Virus record (IMG/VR): IMGVR_UViG_3300043447_000200
Coordinates: 1-57,920 of that record
DNA length: 57,920 nucleotides
From: a virus
Taxonomy: Duplodnaviria; Caudoviricetes
Reading direction: 5' to 3' (one strand)
How positions within the stretch are numbered: the stretch's first letter is position 1; each line of letters begins with the position of its first letter. The notes below the pieces were generated by a model. It was not told where the DNA came from. It saw nothing but the letters and a program-made list of their open reading frames with translations, and made no database searches. This document shows positions 36,818 through 44,446 of this stretch, piece by piece. Both the position numbers and the translations under genes were made by a program.

Positions 36818-36840
36818 AAAAAGCCCGCACGGTGGCGGGC
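36818..36840 (-). terminator. Intrinsic terminator-like hairpin
   Basis: GCCCGC-CACCGT-GCGGGC followed by TTTT. Confidence 0.55.
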
Positions 36841-36932
36841 ACGAGGGTTCGGGAGATCAGAGGAAACAGTAGTAAGAAATCAGAGGGAACAGGGGAAAGC
36901 GAAGCCGCACCCCGAAAGGGGCGGCGTAGCGG

Positions 36933-37202
36933 TCATTGCCGAAGCAAGAGGTAGAGGACAGTCACAGTCGTAACAAAGCTTGCCGCCAGGGTTAGCCTGT
37001 CCGGAAGGTTGTACTGTCTGATGGGTTCGCCGCTTGGCAGGAGCAGGTCCTGTATCCACAGCTCTTCCGGCGTGATGTCGGTGCGAACTGGTTGGTCGTA
37101 GGCGCAGCCGATGGCAATGCCTGTTGCCGTAATGTACGGCGTGGTCCTGTTGGGGTTCCAGAGTAAAGGCTTGTCAGCCTTCTTCGATCTGCGTGTTGCC
37201 AT
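36933..37202 (-). CDS. Hypothetical protein
   Basis: T.TG..IG.AY motif and C-terminal TM. Confidence 0.6.
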   Translation of the reverse strand: MATRRSKKADKPLLWNPNRTTPYITATGIAIGCAYDQPVRTDITPEELWIQDLLLPSGEPIRQYNLPDRLTLAASFVTTVTVLYLLLRQ

Positions 37203-37211
37203 GCTTACCTT

Positions 37212-37574
37212 TCAATACTCAGAGGTAAGCATTAGAACACCGCCGACTGTGAAGAATTTCCACTCCCCATCGGGGCAGTCGGTGAAGCTGATGTGCTTGC
37301 GATACATCTCTTCGTAGTCACCGTCGGTAACAAGCAGCACCGCCTTGCCGTTGGTGACTGACAGCGTGATAGCCAAGAAGCCAAGGCGTAGCGCCATGTC
37401 TTTCAGCTCTGTGCCGATGATGTCGGACAGCCAGTAAGCGCCGTTGCCTGCGTTCTCGAAGAAGAACTTGGCGCCGTCTGTGTACTGCATCCAACGATAC
37501 AGCGGGTTGAAGTGGTATTTCTCGGAGCCAACGAAGTGCGCCAAGGCTGATTGCAGTTCGAGTGTGTCTTTCAT
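37212..37574 (-). CDS. DUF6876-like protein
   Basis: YTDGA......AYWL.DII...FTD.P...L.SEY. Confidence 0.75.
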   Translation of the reverse strand: MKDTLELQSALAHFVGSEKYHFNPLYRWMQYTDGAKFFFENAGNGAYWLSDIIGTELKDMALRLGFLAITLSVTNGKAVLLVTDGDYEEMYRKHISFTDCPDGEWKFFTVGGVLMLTSEY

Positions 37575-37903
37575 CGTAGTTCCTCAGGTATGTCAATGTC
37601 AGCGCCCAGCTTGGACGCAACGAAGCAGCGCATGGCTGCGATCAATGGTGTCGGCCCCCATGATTCATGTTGGCCGTACTGCTTGGCCTCCCAGTCATAG
37701 CCCTCTGACCACAAAGCAATGTGTGCAAGCTCAATGATCGGCCCGCCTTGCTCCCATTTGGTTGATGGTGAGTAGTGAACAAACCCGCTCGAGCAGCGCC
37801 CATACAAAACATTACCGCCGTGGACTTCTATGTCGTTGTCCTTGCCTGCACACTTTGCCACCGCCCAATCGAGGGCTGGCCCGATTAGTTCTGCTGTCTT
37901 CAT
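37571..37903 (-). CDS. NinX/DUF2591-like protein
   Basis: L.G.ALDWAVA...YSPST.W..GGPII...GPTPLIAAMRC.V..KLG. Confidence 0.8.
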   Translation of the reverse strand: MKTAELIGPALDWAVAKCAGKDNDIEVHGGNVLYGRCSSGFVHYSPSTKWEQGGPIIELAHIALWSEGYDWEAKQYGQHESWGPTPLIAAMRCFVASKLGADIDIPEELR

Positions 37904-37904
37904 G

Positions 37905-38291
37905 TCACCACCATGAGTCATAGAAAACAGCGCCGCCGCCAGCGATGTACTCGCGAGCCTTGGCGATGAACGCCATGTCATCAGCCATCGTGTCTTCATC
38001 CGGCGGGTTGTTGCCGAAAAAAAAGCCTGTCGTTTCCGGCAGGCTCTTGTTCTTGATGTCACGCTCAAGGTCATTGAGCATCTCAAGCGTGAGCCTGAGC
38101 TTCACGCAGTTGAATGAGTCGGCGTCACCGCCTTCCTCGTAGTAGCGAGCTTCCATCCAGCCGTGCAAGTCGTGATGCTTGCGCCAGTAGTGCAGCTCCT
38201 CTGGTTTGATTGGCGCTCCGGTTTGATCGCCGTTGAGAAAGCGTTCAGCGTCGTTCTCGTCGACGCCCCATGCGTACATGTCTAATCCCAT
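37905..38291 (-). CDS. Conserved phage protein (MGLDMY family)
   Basis: YWRK...LHGW...FNC...GFFFG...Y.SWW. Confidence 0.8.
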   Translation of the reverse strand: MGLDMYAWGVDENDAERFLNGDQTGAPIKPEELHYWRKHHDLHGWMEARYYEEGGDADSFNCVKLRLTLEMLNDLERDIKNKSLPETTGFFFGNNPPDEDTMADDMAFIAKAREYIAGGGAVFYDSWW

Positions 38292-38365
38292 GATTAACTC
38301 CTAGTTGCGTGGAAATATGGCTCCGTGAGTGAAGCCAAAAGAAATGTGATCCCTGTATGCGGGGA

Positions 38366-38635
38366 TCAGTTCAGCGCCGCGGACATGGCCTTGCGGTCCA
38401 TCTCGTGGCTTTCAGCGAGCTGCTGGTATTGCTCGGTCATGTGACCAAGCACCTGCTCGATGGACATCAGCTTCATGCTGACATCGCCGACCAGCTTGCG
38501 TGATGCGGCGAGTTCAGATTCAAGCTCGGCAACACGGTCACGCAGGATTGCGTTCTCGCGCATGGCTTCATCGAGCATGGCTGACTTCAAGGTTTCTGAG
38601 TTGCGAACAAACTGTTCGATTGGTGACAAGGTCAT
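38366..38635 (-). CDS. Coiled-coil hypothetical protein
   Basis: AGGAG RBS. Confidence 0.65.
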   Translation of the reverse strand: MTLSPIEQFVRNSETLKSAMLDEAMRENAILRDRVAELESELAASRKLVGDVSMKLMSIEQVLGHMTEQYQQLAESHEMDRKAMSAALN

Positions 38636-38705
38636 AGTTCTCCTTACAGAATTAACAACAGAATTACGAGTGCGGTAAGCAGTAACAGGTCGAGTTCATC
38701 TTCCA

Positions 38706-39059
38706 TCAAAAGTCCTCGGCATGTGTGACACGGTGCTGTGCCGGTGAACGCCTGCGTCTGGCGATTTGATTGGCCAGTTCAGCCAAGCGATCGCTGACAC
38801 GGGAAGGCTTGATGGCCATGCTCATCCAGACCAGATAGCCAGGGTCATAGTCATAGATCTCACGCGGCGTCTTGCCCTTGTACTTGCCAAAGGTAAGAGG
38901 CTTGAAGTCGATGTCACTGGACTCAGGTGGCGGCGGTATCTGTCGCATGTAGACGCCAGCCTTGGCAAGCCATTCATCGTAGGCATTGCCGTTGGCTTTG
39001 TTGTGGTTGCGGATGATTCGATGAGCTTCCGCGATCAGCTCGTGGACGCTGTCTGTCAT
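38706..39059 (-). CDS. Protein with ExoX-C-terminal/DUF3820-like motif
   Basis: FGKYKGK......DPGYLVW. Confidence 0.65.
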   Translation of the reverse strand: MTDSVHELIAEAHRIIRNHNKANGNAYDEWLAKAGVYMRQIPPPPESSDIDFKPLTFGKYKGKTPREIYDYDPGYLVWMSMAIKPSRVSDRLAELANQIARRRRSPAQHRVTHAEDF

Positions 39060-39361
39060 ATCAGGTCTCCATATTCCTTGATAGTTTGGTCAATCTGTAC
39101 AGCCAGATCGTAGGTCTCTGGGTAGTCGGCATGACCGGTTCGTTGATTGGGCAGATGGTTAAACGCCACTTGGCAAACATGCATGATCTGCCACATGTCA
39201 CTGCACATACGCTTCAAGACATCATTGTTTGATGGCAGGTTGATAAGCGCCCATTCCAGCGAGCCAAGCTCTGCAAGGTCATAGCTGTTCTGGTGTTCAC
39301 GCGACCTCAAGAAGTCGACGCGCCGTTGTAGCGTCTTGATGTGTTCACTCGGCGATCTCAT
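39056..39361 (-). CDS. Hypothetical protein
   Basis: Coupled ORF. Confidence 0.65.
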   Translation of the reverse strand: MRSPSEHIKTLQRRVDFLRSREHQNSYDLAELGSLEWALINLPSNNDVLKRMCSDMWQIMHVCQVAFNHLPNQRTGHADYPETYDLAVQIDQTIKEYGDLI

Positions 39362-39693
39362 GCGTTCTTCTCCCTAAGTTTGGTTTCTGTAAATTTCATG
39401 GCGCTGTACACGGTGTTAGACGACAACAGAATTCCTGTTTCTTCCAGCTCGGTAAGCCCAAACCATTCACGCTTCGGTTGTGGGCGGGTGTAGAAAGCAG
39501 TGCCATCTGGAAACACAACATGAGGCGTGTTACTGACATAAGTGAATCGACCGCCATAAGTGCCTGTTGCAATAGCCGCGGGCTCTGGCTTCATTGCGAT
39601 GGCGCTGCGCAAGCACTTCACGATGTCCTCATTTGTTGCCACCGCACCCAACTCAATCAGGTCGATGACTGCTTCTACTGCTTCAATGCTCAT
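39358..39693 (-). CDS. Hypothetical protein
   Basis: PKREWFGLT...E.KLREKN motif. Confidence 0.65.
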   Translation of the reverse strand: MSIEAVEAVIDLIELGAVATNEDIVKCLRSAIAMKPEPAAIATGTYGGRFTYVSNTPHVVFPDGTAFYTRPQPKREWFGLTELEETGILLSSNTVYSAMKFTETKLREKNA

Positions 39694-39860
39694 GGCGATC
39701 CTTTCGATTGCATCCACTCAAGCAGGACATCGCGGGCTTCACGCGGGCCAACGCCGAATGAATCCTCGAGATGTTTGCCTGCGCCCATCATGTTCACGGC
39801 GCCAATCTCCCGAAGGTCATCGAGGTAGGCGAACATGTCTTGTTTCAAATCATTGCTCAT
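39690..39860 (-). CDS. Small conserved phage protein, 56 aa (absent from ORF track)
   Basis: FAYLDDLREIGAVNMMGA..L...F...EA..VL.EW; AGGAG RBS. Confidence 0.75.
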   Translation of the reverse strand: MSNDLKQDMFAYLDDLREIGAVNMMGAGKHLEDSFGVGPREARDVLLEWMQSKGSP

Positions 39861-40045
39861 GGTTGCTCCTTGGGCATGTGATATTCACAGCCGTAGTTGG
39901 TTCGGGGTGGATCAACGAACCACGGCGAGCGTGGTCCGGCTGGCTGACGCTCGAGGTATCGGCGGCAGGTGTTACATGGGGCGACAACCTCCCCTTCGTC
40001 GGTGCTCACGGCAACACAACGGCAGATGTCGAACGGTAGGGTCAT
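39857..40045 (-). CDS. Cys-rich small protein
   Basis: DICRC...CNTCRRY...C. Confidence 0.65.
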   Translation of the reverse strand: MTLPFDICRCVAVSTDEGEVVAPCNTCRRYLERQPAGPRSPWFVDPPRTNYGCEYHMPKEQP

Positions 40046-40281
40046 GCTTTGTCTTTCAGGTATTGCGCCAATGCTTCGGCTCCCTTTTTGGTGAGCCTGC
40101 CCTTGGCGATCAGGTTGGTTGAGGTTTTGACTGTCGGCCCATCGCCGAGCAATCCACGACGCTTCAATGACCAGTAGGTATTCCACGATCCTGGCGTCTT
40201 GTTGTACATCTTGAAGCCCCAGCCATCGGCAAACATCTTGAGCATGAATGCCTGGTGCTGGCTCAATTTGATTTTGGACAT
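40042..40281 (-). CDS. Hypothetical protein
   Basis: SL.RRGL...LT.KG. Confidence 0.6.
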   Translation of the reverse strand: MSKIKLSQHQAFMLKMFADGWGFKMYNKTPGSWNTYWSLKRRGLLGDGPTVKTSTNLIAKGRLTKKGAEALAQYLKDKA

Positions 40282-40451
40282 GGCTGTGTGTCTTCGGCTG
40301 CATGGATACCCATGGCCTCAAGCCTGGCCACGCAGTACTCGACCGTGCAGTTGATGTCGTCAGCCTTCTCGCGGATCTCGTTAAGCTCATGCAAAGAGCC
40401 GTTCAGCTCCTCCCAGATCACTCCAAGGATTGCTTTTTGTGCTTCATTCAT
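40263..40451 (-). CDS. Hypothetical protein
   Basis: GAGG RBS before ATG at 40451. Confidence 0.55.
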   Translation of the reverse strand: MNEAQKAILGVIWEELNGSLHELNEIREKADDINCTVEYCVARLEAMGIHAAEDTQPCPKSN

Positions 40452-40896
40452 CGTTCCACCTCTTTGGATCAATGCAGGCAGCTTCACCGAAGGTGCACGG
40501 TCCACACATTTCAGAGCGGTAGATCTGCTTGCCATCCTTCACGCCAGTGACTGTTGGTTTCTGACCACAGACTTCGCAGTCATGCTGATAGTCAGGCTCG
40601 AAACGGTCGATCGACAGCACCTCATCATTAAGTGCGGCCTCCATCTCGGCATCAAACTCGGCGTATGGATCGCCGCCAGCCATGTGATGGTTGCTCGGGC
40701 AGTCGATAGCGCCGAGATACCCGTCAGCCCAGCCGTCGCAGGTCTGATTGCCAGCAACAAAGGTTTGATGCTTGGGTGATGCTCGGTTCAGGCAGTAAGC
40801 CTCCACCGGTTTGCCGCCTTCGGCTTTGGCGATCATCTCCGACCAGTAGCGGCAGCTCTGGCAGGTCTTGGCTGATGAATAGTTCCTGTGATCCAT
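40444..40896 (-). CDS. Cys-rich (Zn-binding) hypothetical protein
   Basis: Three CxxC motifs. Confidence 0.65.
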   Translation of the reverse strand: MDHRNYSSAKTCQSCRYWSEMIAKAEGGKPVEAYCLNRASPKHQTFVAGNQTCDGWADGYLGAIDCPSNHHMAGGDPYAEFDAEMEAALNDEVLSIDRFEPDYQHDCEVCGQKPTVTGVKDGKQIYRSEMCGPCTFGEAACIDPKRWNDE

Positions 40897-40985
40897 AGGT
40901 ATTACTTTCGTGCGTGTAAATATTGAACAGAGAGTGAGGCCAAAAGCGAAGTGGTGAGGTCGGCGAACCGACCCCACCTCTATCG

Positions 40986-41375
40986 TTACATCGGTGCTTC
41001 ATCCGATGTTTGTGGCATCACAGGCTTGGCCACGGCAGCCTTGGCGAAACGCTCACGGACGCGAGCGATTAAAACCTCGGCTGCTTCGTTGGCCTCAGCA
41101 CCTTCGGTAGCGCTGTCGAAGATCGCTAAAGCTTCGAGCAGGTAGATCTGGGTTGACTTCTCACGAACGCCAGCACCAGGCAGGTCACGACCACCCAAGG
41201 CTCCAGCAGCGTTGATTTGACGCTGTGTAGCGGGTTGCATGTCGCGTTGAGCCAAGATCCGAGTGATCGTGGCAGAAGCCTCGGAACGAGTGCGAGGCGT
41301 TTCGTTGTAGCCAAGCTGGAGCAAACGCTCGATCTGTTTGGCGGTAGGTTGAGCTGCGATAACGGTTGTGTTCAT
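40986..41375 (-). CDS. Hypothetical early protein with repeated PT.KQ/AT.RQ motifs
   Basis: AGGAG RBS; flanked by hairpins. Confidence 0.75.
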   Translation of the reverse strand: MNTTVIAAQPTAKQIERLLQLGYNETPRTRSEASATITRILAQRDMQPATQRQINAAGALGGRDLPGAGVREKSTQIYLLEALAIFDSATEGAEANEAAEVLIARVRERFAKAAVAKPVMPQTSDEAPM

Positions 41376-41459
41376 GGATATCTCCTAAAGTTGAACAAGG
41401 GAACAAAAGAAAAAGGAAAAAGCGGAGTGCCTCTCCCGAAGGAGAGGTACGGAGCGGAT

Positions 41460-41549
41460 CTAAGAGAAGAACCACCAGTAGTCGAGTGCCAAGGCAAGGC
41501 CAGCGGCGATAGCCAAGGCAACGAGGTAATCAAGAGCTTTTGAGGACAT
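41460..41549 (-). CDS. 29-aa membrane peptide (absent from ORF track)
   Basis: MSSKALDYLVALAIAAGLALALDYWWFFS; GGAG RBS. Confidence 0.55.
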   Translation of the reverse strand: MSSKALDYLVALAIAAGLALALDYWWFFS

Positions 41550-41552
41550 GGT

Positions 41553-41693
41553 TCATCTCCAACGGTTTGTGATCGGGTTAAAGCCAGCCAACACCAGAGC
41601 ATTGAAGGTGTGGATGGACACAGGCTGGAAGCCTTTAGCAGAGGCGTAGGCTTTGTAGTTGCTGTATGTCAGCAAAGGTGTCGTCTGATTCAT
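41553..41693 (-). CDS. 46-aa hypothetical protein
   Basis: ATG overlaps the upstream stop. Confidence 0.55.
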   Translation of the reverse strand: MNQTTPLLTYSNYKAYASAKGFQPVSIHTFNALVLAGFNPITNRWR

Positions 41694-41857
41694 TGCTGAC
41701 CTTCCAAGAAGTAGAACAAAGGCATGGCTACCAAAGAGGCAACAGAAACCCACATCAGCAGGTCAGAAGGTTGGCCGAGAAGCAGTGACCAGACATAGCC
41801 AAAGAAGCAGATCGAAGCCTTGAAAGCGTAGAAGAGGGTGAATGAGTGGTTGGACAT
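41690..41857 (-). CDS. 55-aa two-TM membrane protein (absent from ORF track)
   Basis: MSNHSFTLFYAFKASICFFGYVWSLLLG...; GGAG RBS. Confidence 0.55.
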   Translation of the reverse strand: MSNHSFTLFYAFKASICFFGYVWSLLLGQPSDLLMWVSVASLVAMPLFYFLEGQQ

Positions 41858-42362
41858 GAGTTAGCTCCAGAAAAGTGAGTGGTGAGAACAAGATGACCTA
41901 CGCACGGCGTAATCCGGTGCAAAAGCTCTGGATTAGGTATGCAAAAGTCACAAATCAAAGAAGAAGGAGTGGAGACCACCCCCCATGTGGGGTGGTTGAA
42001 ACGAGAACAGAAGCTACACATCTAGGTAGCAAGTCCTTGATACAGCTAGCTGACCTGCGGAGTATGGATCTGCACAGATGGTGGATCGGCGCTAGCAGGC
42101 CTACCCCCGAGTGGACGCAGCTACGAAGTACGGGGGTATGAGGACTCCACTGCTATCACCATCTCACACACGAGCTTCATCATTTTTTTTCTAAACCTTG
42201 GACAACCCCCAGATCGTGGATGCCGTTTCCTCAGCTTCTTTGGTGCCTTGGCTGCGTTGAAATAGGTGGGGGTATACCTACCCCTAGGGGACCATCGAAA
42301 AAAGCTTGTAGGGGGCTTTAACAATCCCTGCGATAATTTTTTTCACGAAAAAGGAGCAGACG

Positions 42363-42623
42363 ATGATGAACGCAGAGTACGTGCAAAACTTCCTACGCCG
42401 CTTTGAGCCGTTGAAGGAGATCGAGGTATCGCCTCAGTCGGATTTGGTGCTGGCACCGAACTTGGTGAAGGTTCACGGGATGGTGATGATCTACGGTGAA
42501 CCGCATGCCTTCGAAGCCGATTTGGATCTGAACGAGTTCGGTGGCCAGGACGATTTGATCAAACTGGCTGGCCAGTTGCTCAAGAGCTTTGCTGCTGCAA
42601 GTCGAGTGGTCACACCGGCATAG
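42363..42623 (+). CDS. Hypothetical protein
   Basis: AAGGAG RBS; 86 aa. Confidence 0.7.
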   Translation: MMNAEYVQNFLRRFEPLKEIEVSPQSDLVLAPNLVKVHGMVMIYGEPHAFEADLDLNEFGGQDDLIKLAGQLLKSFAAASRVVTPA

Positions 42624-42842
42624 AGATGGTTACCGACGGTAGGAGGTAACCGTCGATGATTACCGTTACTACGGTTATCCGTAGTACGGTTTACCGTAGT
42701 ACGGTTAACCATATATTTTTATTATTGTTTTGGATTAGTTATTGTTTTTGGATAAGAGATGGTTCTACGTATAACCGGTTATACGTATAACGGTTCTACG
42801 TAGTACCGATGGTTCTACGTATATATTTATAAATATATATTC
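42624..42842. repeat. Palindrome/iteron-like array, candidate replication origin
   Basis: CCGTAGTACGGTT repeats, GGTTCTACGTA x3, perfect palindromes at 42766-42787 and 42820-42839, AT-rich tracts. Confidence 0.65.
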
Positions 42843-42858
42843 GCAAGGATCGTGCCAA
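42843..42858 (-). promoter_or_regulatory. Sigma-54 (-24/-12) consensus site
   Basis: TTGGCACG-ATCC-TTGC on the minus strand. Confidence 0.6.
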
Positions 42859-43073
42859 GTGTTTGAAAAGGTCATGTACACAGCTTGAAAACCACCGGAT
42901 ATGCTGACGCCAGTGGCTGAGTTTTTGCTCTCGTTTTTCCTCTGCCATGACCCCAGCGGCTGGTGGGGATGTAACCGCCGCAGTCAGAGCCGACGACCTC
43001 CTCTAAGCGTTTCATGGGCGGTGATCTGACCGATTCACCCACGTCACGGGTGGTTTAACTTTTGGAGTGGATA

Positions 43074-43232
43074 ATGAAGCCAGGTCTTTACGCAAACATT
43101 CACGCCAAGCGTGAACGCATCGAGAGCCAGAAAGCCGCGGGCAAGACCCCTGAGAAGATGCGCAAGCCTGGATCCAAGGGCGCCCCAACGGACGCTGACT
43201 TCAAGGCTTCGGCAAAGACCGCCAAGAAGTGA
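43074..43232 (+). CDS. 52-aa basic conserved phage protein (absent from ORF track)
   Basis: MKPGLYANIHAKRERI...KMRKPGSKGAPT..DFK.SAKTAKK; GGAG RBS. Confidence 0.85.
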   Translation: MKPGLYANIHAKRERIESQKAAGKTPEKMRKPGSKGAPTDADFKASAKTAKK

Positions 43233-43255
43233 TTGTTGGTAGCTGGCGCTACCCT

Positions 43256-43364
43256 CAACACGCATGAGGACTGCTGATGGAGCCAGTGGTAGCAGCAGCC
43301 AACCCAGCAATGGGTTACGGATAATCGGGGGTTCGACTCCCCCCATCAGTCCTCAGTCGTGTTG
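43256..43364 (+). ncRNA. Long stem enclosing a tRNA-like domain
   Basis: CAACACG/CGTGTTG and TGAGGACTG/CAGTCCTCA stems; internal GGGGG-TTCGACT-CCCCC T-arm. Confidence 0.55.
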
Positions 43365-43448
43365 GTGGAAACGGATTAGCCCCGTGGGGTTTTTGTGTGT
43401 TCAATTGCGGCCTCCACCCTGCTTCATGGGAGCCACCAACAACCGTTA

Positions 43449-43522
43449 CGCAGGAAGGTCAAGTGACCCGACCGGTCTCATAAGCCGAGTTGTGCGTGGA
43501 GCGTTACCACGTCCTGCAACCA
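43449..43522 (+). tRNA. Atypical tRNA-Met(CAT), initiator-like
   Basis: C1:A72 mismatch, CT-CAT-AA loop, ACCA end; non-canonical T-loop AGCGTTA and 4-nt D-loop. Confidence 0.7.
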
Positions 43523-43649
43523 GATCTAAGCCGAAGGCTCGGGTTTCAATCTAACAACCCTGAGGTTCACCGCACCAAGAAACAGAAGCGGCAAAACACC
43601 GTGTACACTTCGAGGCATGAAACAAGTCTTCCAACCGCGACCGACAAAT

Positions 43650-43725
43650 CTGGGTGTAGCTCAGATGGCAGAGCGCGCGCTTTGGGAGCGTGAGGTCGCA
43701 GGTTCGAAGCCTGTCACCCAGACCA
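43650..43725 (+). tRNA. tRNA-Pro(TGG)
   Basis: Canonical cloverleaf, CCA encoded. Confidence 0.95.
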
Positions 43726-43782
43726 ATTCAAACTCATCCAACTCAACGACGCGAAATTCGCGTTATTGACCATCCCTGCAAC

Positions 43783-43869
43783 GGGGATGCGGTGCAGTTG
43801 GTGAGGCACGGCAGACTGTAAATCTGTTCTCTTATGAGTGAGTAGGTTCGATTCCTACCATCCCCACCA
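43783..43869 (+). tRNA. tRNA-Tyr(GTA)
   Basis: Cloverleaf with long variable arm, CCA. Confidence 0.93.
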
Positions 43870-43888
43870 AGACCCCTCCCAAAGTTAT

Positions 43889-43963
43889 TCCGAGGTAGCA
43901 CAGCGGTAGTGCAGTTGGCTGTTAACCAATTGGTCGCTGGTTCGATCCCAGCCCTCGGAGCCA
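43889..43963 (+). tRNA. tRNA-Asn(GTT)
   Basis: TCCGAGG/CCTCGGA acceptor stem, GCCA end. Confidence 0.95.
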
Positions 43964-43966
43964 TAC

Positions 43967-44050
43967 GGAGGTTGGCGCGTAGGACGCAAACAGGGCTTGA
44001 ACCCCTGGCCATCCGCAAGGGTGAGGGTTCGATTCCTTCAACCTCCGCCA
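43967..44050 (+). tRNA. tRNA-Ser(TGA)
   Basis: CAGGG-CTTGAAC-CCCTG anticodon arm, long variable arm, reduced D-loop, GCCA end. Confidence 0.85.
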
Positions 44051-44053
44051 AAC

Positions 44054-44129
44054 GCTGGCGTAGCTCAGTTGGCAGAGCAGCCGCCTTGTAAGCGGAAGGT
44101 CGCGGGTTCGATGCCTGCCGCCAGCACCA
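44054..44129 (+). tRNA. tRNA-Thr(TGT)
   Basis: Canonical cloverleaf, CCA. Confidence 0.95.
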
Positions 44130-44212
44130 CGTACTGCAATTGCGGTACTCGCAAAACTCCCATGTAAAGTCGGGACAAAGCCGAAAGGCCATTCCAACAT
44201 TACGAGGGTGTC

Positions 44213-44446
44213 ATGGCAGCACGCATGCGCAAATACCATCAAGACGAAGTGAGGGCGAAAATCCAAGCTTCGCAGCTCGTCAACCGTCTGACCGATTGCG
44301 CGATGGGCAGAGTTGTACTCAACACACAACAAGTCCAGGCGATCAAGGTCCTACTGGACAAGTCTCTCCCCAACCTGTCCGACGTGAAGATCGAAACGTC
44401 AGGTAACGGCATCACGTTCAACCTCAATGCCAATCTTCCGAAATGA
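44213..44446 (+). CDS. Terminase small subunit (putative)
   Basis: Directly upstream of TerL; RAKIQASQLVNRL...LLDK.LP.L. Confidence 0.6.
   Translation: MAARMRKYHQDEVRAKIQASQLVNRLTDCAMGRVVLNTQQVQAIKVLLDKSLPNLSDVKIETSGNGITFNLNANLPK

Noticed and set aside
42624-42842. CRISPR mini-array or protelomerase telomere site
   Set aside because: Repeats are short and irregular with no unique spacers; no protelomerase gene is present and the palindromes are short.
43265-43375. Hammerhead ribozyme or tmRNA
   Set aside because: CTGATGG instead of CTGATGA, with no proper three-stem core; no tag ORF or CCA end.
43743-44332. ORFs overlapping the tRNA cluster
   Set aside because: Shadow ORFs across bona fide tRNA genes.
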